Shown in pieces: positions 35,435 through 42,031 of a stretch of 42,031 nucleotides of DNA. The DNA comes from Phoronis australis (taxonomy: Eukaryota > Animalia > Phoronida). Where the stretch lies: the NCBI GenBank assembly GCA_002633005.1, contig NMRA01000583.1, positions 221,988 to 264,018 of the forward strand, written 5' to 3'. Position 1 is the stretch's first letter, and each line of letters begins with the position of its first letter. The notes beneath the pieces are model-generated. The model made no database searches. It was not told where the DNA came from and saw nothing but the letters and a program-made list of their open reading frames with translations. The position numbers and the translations under genes are program-made.

Positions 35435-37081
35435 GTAATGTTAACACCCTTTTCCCGTTCATTCATCCATCCACTTGTCCGTCAACTTATTTATTTCACT
35501 AAGGCAGAGCCTTGGTTGCGGACGAAAGCCAATAATTAGTGTTAACAACTCTGTCTGATCATTTTCACGGTGAATGAACAAGTTCAGTATGACGAATATG
35601 CTGTTACTAAATGGTTAGTAACAATTGAATTTGGTCACTAAAGCACAACTGGGGAATATGATCGGCACAAGGTTTTTGCCGTGAAGATTCAAACTGAAAT
35701 AAATCGACTTTGCGTGAGAGAATGGGATCTGAAAAATTATCCAATTTCATTTGATCCCGATAACAGCTATTCGACGTTTCGACGGTGAATTGGTTTTTTG
35801 TGTGTTTACCATTCATTACATGTTGTGTGAAGATTTTTTTCAGTTTTGTTTAGTGCTCTTTGGTGCAGGTTGAGAAATTCGCGATTAATGTTTTCTCGCT
35901 TTTGTGATTGCTCTTTTAAGATAGCCTACGCGAATTACATGTATCTAAAATGAACAAAACACCGACCTCCAGAATGAACTTTGGTTAATTTAGAGGGACC
36001 CTTTCCCTACTGGCGTCGCTAGTACATTTATATAGCCTTTTGATGACGTCTTGACCGATCTGTTGCCAATTTGTAACCTAGCCAATACGTAAGCAGCTTG
36101 TATGCGGAGTGCTATAGTACATGTATTTTGTTACTATGGTCAATGATACTTTTGGATACTTTTTTGTCAAGAACGCACAGCATTAGTTCAGTTTTAGTCG
36201 GACGGGCGAGTTATTTTCGACTTCGGTTCCTATCCGCACTGGATATTTGGATTATTGCGTTAGGCTATACTAGGTTGTCTCAACACGGCATGGTTTCATG
36301 AGTCATGGGCTACAATTCGACCGACAACGTGTAAGTTTGTCTCACGCGATGTGTTGAACGCGGAGTCCATTTTCATAGCGAATGTCTACTTAAATCAATA
36401 TAGAACAACGAATATCAAATCAAAGTGCATCGGAGGTCTTATCGTTGTTAACTGGCAGAAAACTTGACGTTGTGTTATGCTATTTTGTTGCTTTACTGTA
36501 CACGTAAACACCGGCTTGAGCTATGAAAACAGGGGGTTGGCTATTTCCTCGTGCTGAACATGCAAAAGACGGCTCGAACAAAGTCTAATTAGATTGTTTT
36601 TAACGCAAACCAATGCATACGAATGTTTTCGGTAACTGCCGACCACAATGATGGTGTGACTGAAAATTCGAAAGAAAAAGTCGAAAGAAGTATTATCAAC
36701 TATCTGATCGCCACCTTTGCAGTCCGCTCAGGAAAGTTACTAAAGGGTTACAGCCGTACAAAGGTTAGATTTGAATTTTGCGACAAACTGTGACAGAAAG
36801 GTCGATGCATTGCTTTGAGTTCTCCTGCAGGCAGGCCCACTGTCAAAAGAGATGATTTATTTTCACCACCCCTGCTTGAGGAATGCTGGAACTACATGTA
36901 ATGTTTTTGTTAACGATGCAATATTTATTGTAATGGCGGCTTCCCCAGCTCTCCTTCATTTTTCTTAGTGACAACAAAATTTTTCATCTACACCTATGTG
37001 CTCTCTTGACCTGTTATTTCACGTAAAGACACAGGGCGGCGCTCCCGCTGGTCGCCCGCTATAAACAAATACTTTCATCCA

Positions 37082-37181
37082 TACAAACAAACACACATAC
37101 ATGTATATGGATACACACAGTCGCAAATATCTACCCACACACACACACACACACAAACAAACACACACGCACGCGCACACA
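37082..37181. repeat. Imperfect (CA)n microsatellite
   Basis: CA/CAAA/CG runs seen directly. Confidence 0.8.
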
Positions 37182-37761
37182 TTCACGCTCATTTACTCAT
37201 AAATGCATGTACGTATACTTAAATGCATGTAGCATACAAAGTCATGCATACAGGAAATTTTTCCTTAAGTGCTGCTGCGTACTTAAGAGTCGCTTTCCGC
37301 TTCATTTCAGTTAAAAACTTTCATAAAAGGGTTCTTAACGCAAGTTAGTTCAGTTGAATCTTAGGTCCAAACAATGCGCATTCGATTTTTAAGTTAAGTT
37401 AATCTTTTTGTTTTTACTGGTGCATCATCAACTGAAATGGCAGCCGTAGTGAGTAACAGGTGACTTAAGCATCATGGGTACTCGCTCAGCAGCCACCATA
37501 CGTAATGAGGTTTCGTGGAAACACCGCAAACTTTTTCAAAGTAAAATAATTAGGCAAACAAAAAGAAAGCTGAAAGTTACGAAATGCAAATACGTCTTGA
37601 CTGACAAAACTCCTCCTGTGTTCCAAACTGATAATTGTAAAGGAAAGATTTGTTTTAACTTATTACTAGACTAACGTAATATAAAAGAACAAGCACATTT
37701 GTTCTAAGTTTGACTTGCAATAAGTTTATTCGTTATATTTTGCTAATTGTTTCTGTTTCAG

Positions 37762-37840
37762 AAAAGTGCAAAAAGCCATTTACTGCGTTACATGGAGTTG
37801 ACAGGGTTGATTGCGAGCATTCAATAACCGAAGACTACCG
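37762..37840 (+). CDS. Sushi/CCP-like domain 2, first half (E-KCKKPFTALHGVDRVDCEHSITEDY-R)
   Basis: ttgtttctgtttcag|79 nt|gtatgt, phase 1 to 2. Confidence 0.85.
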
Positions 37841-40064
37841 GTATGTTAGTTCGTTTTCACGCCGTAACAGGCGACGAATTTCCTCTACAACTTGTCCCCG
37901 TCAGTTATACAAGTGAAATTGAGAAGCAGTGAATCTGTTGTGCCGAATACAAAGAATGTTTTAACGAAAATTCTAACAACTGAAATATGTTGTCTTGCAC
38001 ATTCATGCACATGTTCTTGCTTCGTCGTTCTTCACGTAATTTCGGTTGCTGTTTGCATTACTTTTTATTTTATTATACATGTATAGACAAACGTGTTAAG
38101 TCATATACATGTATATTGCACAACTAATACGATTGTACCAATGTCATTACTATAGTTTGAGATTAGTGATTTTCAAAAGTGTTTGAAAGAGGGCCAATGT
38201 ACAACATGCCGCAAAAAATTCTTTATGGAAGCGGGCTTTCGTGTTTTTGTCATCTAAATCACTGGATAGTTCCTTCGCGGGGCCTTCATGAAAAGGTAGA
38301 AATGGCGCCGCTGCAAACATAATGAAACCAGGAACCGTTGCAAACGCTTACACGGGAGAAAGGCGCCATCGCCAAACAAAACATTCTGATGGGCCAGAAT
38401 GGCGTTGAATAGACTGATCACAATATACAATGGCTTCCAATCAGTTTTCGTTTGGTACCAAAAATGATGCAAGATAAAAATCCGACCTTTGAATACTTTT
38501 ACGCAGACAGAGGGTTAAATAAATTATAGGAACATCCTCTCGCTTAGTACATTTCATTATAAAAACGTGCTTCAAGAGACATACACCTTTCAAGAAGTGG
38601 TTGCTCAACACCTCGCTTCTTTTTTGTTTCATAGGCGAACAAGACACTGCAGAGTTACGTTACCGGTTTTTGCCGAGAGTACACTAATCACAATTATCAT
38701 GCTTTGGTGTAATAGTATTTTGCAATAAGCCAATAAGGCGGCTACATGTGCGTTGAGCTGATAATGCCTTTGGAACAAGGCACTATGGATCACGCTTAAC
38801 TTGGGACTTTAGGTTCACTTACCAATTTTGATTCTAAGTAAGGTGTAGGGCTATAAACTTTCAAATTATCTTGAAGAGTCTGGAGGAACATGTCGTTTTT
38901 CGCTATTAATTATTCCGCAAACACGACCGCCTTTCCCTCTTCAGATATCTTGAATGACCTCGAGAATCCGTATTTATTGCCAATGTTCGAAAAAGAAAAA
39001 GCGGGACACGTGAACTGAAAATGAGGGACATCTAAACATAAATACCTGTACCAAAAGGCACTTGTGAAATGTTCACCGCAACATCTGAATAAACACCTAT
39101 AGCGTCTTTTTGTTTAGTCGAGCGGGATTCTAATATGGTGACGAGAAAAATAATCATCACACGAGAGTCACCCTCCAGCCGCACTTAACGTGCATAATTT
39201 CATGAACTAATACTTCATTGAAACCTGAAAAGTCCGTGTTTTTAGCAAAAGCGGCAAAAAAATCCCCACCACTTATGTCTACGGTATGACTTTATAAGCC
39301 TGAAAAATCACGTGATTATTTGTGTCACCCATTCTGGGAAACTGAGCGGGGAGTTGTTCGTTTGCAACGGGGTCGCCTTCGGCGTTTATTTCGTTGACGT
39401 CGTCCTAATTTCCAACTACCTTTTGACTGTCGCACGGTGATAGCTGATGTTACGACGGCGCAGTGAGTTAATGTTGGCGCAAGATGTGCAGTCGTTTGCA
39501 TGATTTTGCCGGCGTCACTATCACCGTCATGAATGAAGGTTTATATTTCAGTGTTAACATCGTCAATGTCGCGTTCGAGTTGACAGTGCTGCCATCTTGC
39601 CGATATTGTCCGTATCCGTTTGCTGCTGAAGTTGGCAGGATTGCCATCTTAATTATGTCCCACGTCCTTGTCCTCAGTAGCTACTTCGTTCTCATAGATA
39701 GTTCTGCTTCTTTTAACTTCACCTTTAGGAAAATATTGGCGAAGGAGATGTCAGAAACAATTTGACTCATTAAATTCCAAATGAATTTGTAGATCATATG
39801 TTCTATTTCGTGCACTATTTCTTTTTGGGGAGGGCGAGCTTCAGAGCAAACGAGTCATTCACAAGAGTTTAGTATCGCTGTCGCTTAACACATCCCGTGC
39901 ATTTTTCTATGTAATTGCATTCCGTTACTTTGGAACGATCAACTAAAAATGTACTCCACACGTTTTTATATTATTAGAATTGTATTACATTTAAACAAAA
40001 TGCATTGGCCTTATGTTGCTGTGTTGTCCAGGTCATTGTCTTTAATTGTACTGTATTCTTATTC

Positions 40065-40370
40065 ACCAGGGCTGAGTTGCATAAAGCTTCAACAGTTATC
40101 CGCTGGATGAGTTTGATTGTTGCAAGACGTCAGGTGCATTGTTCAACAGTAACAACGTGACGCGACGTCATTGTTGCTATACGGCGTATAATTTTTATGC
40201 AACTGTGTTATTCTGAGCCCAGTTTTATAGAAGTTATACGCCGTATAGAAACAATGACGTTGCATTATCACGCGTCACTTTGTTATTATTGAACAATGCA
40301 CCCGACGTCACGCAACAATAAAACTCATCCAGCGGATAACTTTTGAAGCTTTATGCAACTCAGCCCTGGT
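40065..40370. mobile_element. ~305-bp foldback MITE (PIF/Harbinger-like terminus)
   Basis: ACCAGGGCTGAGTTGCATAAAGCTTCAA... is inverted at the right end. The arms pair for about 135 bp, almost to the centre. Confidence 0.85.
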
Positions 40371-40443
40371 TTGTAGTGCGTTTACACTGTGATTGGATAA
40401 ACAATCAATAGCCGGCGTGCGTACAGTTGACGATAGGACCTAC

Positions 40444-40549
40444 GCTAGGACCTAGCTAAAATCGAGTCAAGGTCACGTGTTCTCATTTAAAATACACCGC
40501 AATATCTCATATAATCTCGCGAAGTCTTGCATTTTAGCGAGGTCCTAGC
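40444..40549. mobile_element. ~105-bp mini inverted-repeat element
   Basis: GCTAGGACCTAGCTAAAAT and ATTTTAGCGAGGTCCTAGC match at 18 of 19 positions as an inverted repeat. Confidence 0.55.
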
Positions 40550-40623
40550 ATTACCTCATTAGTCACGTGCTAGAGTGCCGAAACACAACCATATACATGT
40601 ATATAGAACGATTTATATTCCAG

Positions 40624-40751
40624 ATCTTGCACCGCGAGCTGTAACAAAGGCTTTGTATTCATGAATGGTGAAGCCAAGGGGAAGGAAAAGTTCAGGATCA
40701 CGTGCAGGTTTAGCTCAGGCATATGGAGCGGCAAATTCAGCGAGTGCAGAG
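40624..40751 (+). CDS. Sushi/CCP-like domain 2, second half (SCTASCNKGFVFMNGEAKGKEKFRITCRFSSGIWSGKFSECR)
   Basis: tttatattccag|128 nt|gtacat, phase 2 to 1. Shows the C-x3-C-x2-GF ... TC-x4-G-x-WSG-x4-C Sushi signature and has the same length as 35307-35434. Confidence 0.88.
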
Positions 40752-40876
40752 GTACATGTAAATGTATTAAACTGAAAACGTACAACAATTGTGATAATAT
40801 CATAATAGGTTGCCTTTATGACATAGAATTGCAAGTACAAGTAGCAGACCCATACAACTTTACCAAATATTTTGAA

Positions 40877-41137
40877 AACACTGATGGTCACAGAATCGTA
40901 TGTGTACATGTCTAACACTGATGGTCACAGAATCGTATGTGTACATGTCTAACACTGATGGTCACAGAATCATATGTGTACATGTCTAACACTGATGGTC
41001 ACAGAATCGTATGTGTACATGTCTAACACTGATGGTCACAGAATCGTATGTGTACATGTCTAACACTGATGGTCACAGAATCGTATGTGTACATGTCTAA
41101 CACTGATGGTCACAGAATCGTATGTGTACATGTCTAA
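40877..41137. repeat. 37-bp minisatellite x7 (AACACTGATGGTCACAGAATCGTATGTGTACATGTCT)
   Basis: Units start at 40877, 40914, 40951, 40988, 41025, 41062 and 41099. Unit 3 has one G>A change. There are no spacers. Confidence 0.97.
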
Positions 41138-41165
41138 TAATGTGTCATTGCATCACACGTTTCAG

Positions 41166-41299
41166 AAAGTGTGGACTCCGGTTCAGGGGTACCAGCAGAA
41201 TTGCATGAAGCGAAACAGTACGATCAAAATGCGTCAGCCCAGCTCACTCACAACGCACACGGTGTAATTGCCTTGACCTTGATCCTAGCTCTGTATTGA
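41166..41299 (+). CDS. Terminal coding exon with GPI-signal-like C-terminus (E-SVDSGSGVPAELHEAKQYDQNASAQLTHNAHGVIALTLILALY*)
   Basis: cacgtttcag| entered in phase 1, matching the previous exon. Small residues NAS/A, a polar spacer and a ~12-residue hydrophobic tail precede TGA at 41297-41299. Confidence 0.72.
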
Positions 41300-42031
41300 T
41301 GGCAAGCACTGGCTTCAGTGGTCGACGAGTTCATAGACAGCGATAGCGAAACTTACATTCAAAGAAACTAATAGAACAATACAATTAATAGAACTCTTTA
41401 CTAGTTGTGTTGCTTGAAACATGATTCGGTCATTCTACGCCAGGGAGGTGGAACGAACTGAACATTTCAACAGATTCTGTCCTCCGGAGGTAACATCTGA
41501 AGTCCTTTGTTTTGAATTCGTTCCACCTAATTCGGACGTTTTTTTATATGTTTAGCTTCATAACAACTGCGGACATTCTGCGTTGGAATATTGTCCTAAT
41601 CACTTAGTGCCATAAAGAGGAGGTAATATCTCTGATATTATTTTCGACGAAAACCTATAATCACCAGGTAGAAACTGTTTGATAACTATTCAACCTACTA
41701 AGATCGAGGGACTCAGTTCAACGGTATAACAGGTGTCAAAGCAAAACAGACGCAGGACGGTATATTTCATTAAAAATGCTATAAACGTTGCGGGTGTATG
41801 CCTTTGAGACAGGGAGTCCGTTTTCTTAAAGTCACTATTTCCTTTACTTTCGCCTGCTTAGATCACAAATTGAGCTTTGCCAATCGAAAGATATCACTAA
41901 AATTAACTCTTTTCGTAAATTACAGCCATGTACATACTCTCGTTATTTTACTATAAATTTTTTAAATTTATAAAAAGTGGGCGGACCTTCAGCCAAACCT
42001 CATTATTTATGCGGGGTTGCCAGTGGAGAGA

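Noticed and set aside
40877-41137. 37-bp repeats as a CRISPR array
   Set aside because: The units are head-to-tail with no unique spacers, there are no cas genes, and the context is a eukaryotic intron.

Overview
AT-rich, intron- and transposon-rich eukaryotic DNA, probably from an invertebrate animal. There are no prokaryotic genes, CRISPR arrays or rRNA, and almost all ORF-track entries are spurious. The window appears to hold the 3' part of one long + strand spliced gene that the ORF track cannot see. Its Pro/Thr/Ser-rich mucin-like region is built from about 20 small, frame-symmetric (phase 1-1) exons. Fourteen of these are 24-36-nt micro-exons lying inside a ~13-kb tandem array of ~1.75-kb units (11.9-25.0 kb). 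They are followed by two six-cysteine Sushi/CCP-like domains, each split over a phase 1-2 and a phase 2-1 exon (33272-40751), and a terminal exon ending in a GPI-signal-like hydrophobic tail (41166-41299). The introns carry decayed elements: BEL/Pao gag-protease, a Penelope-like element with an inverted pLTR and a hammerhead-like motif, RNase H-bearing LINE 3' fragments, a HERO-like RLE LINE, several MITE/foldback elements, and micro- and minisatellites. The gene model comes only from splice sites, phase and translation read by eye; no expression data or database searches were available.
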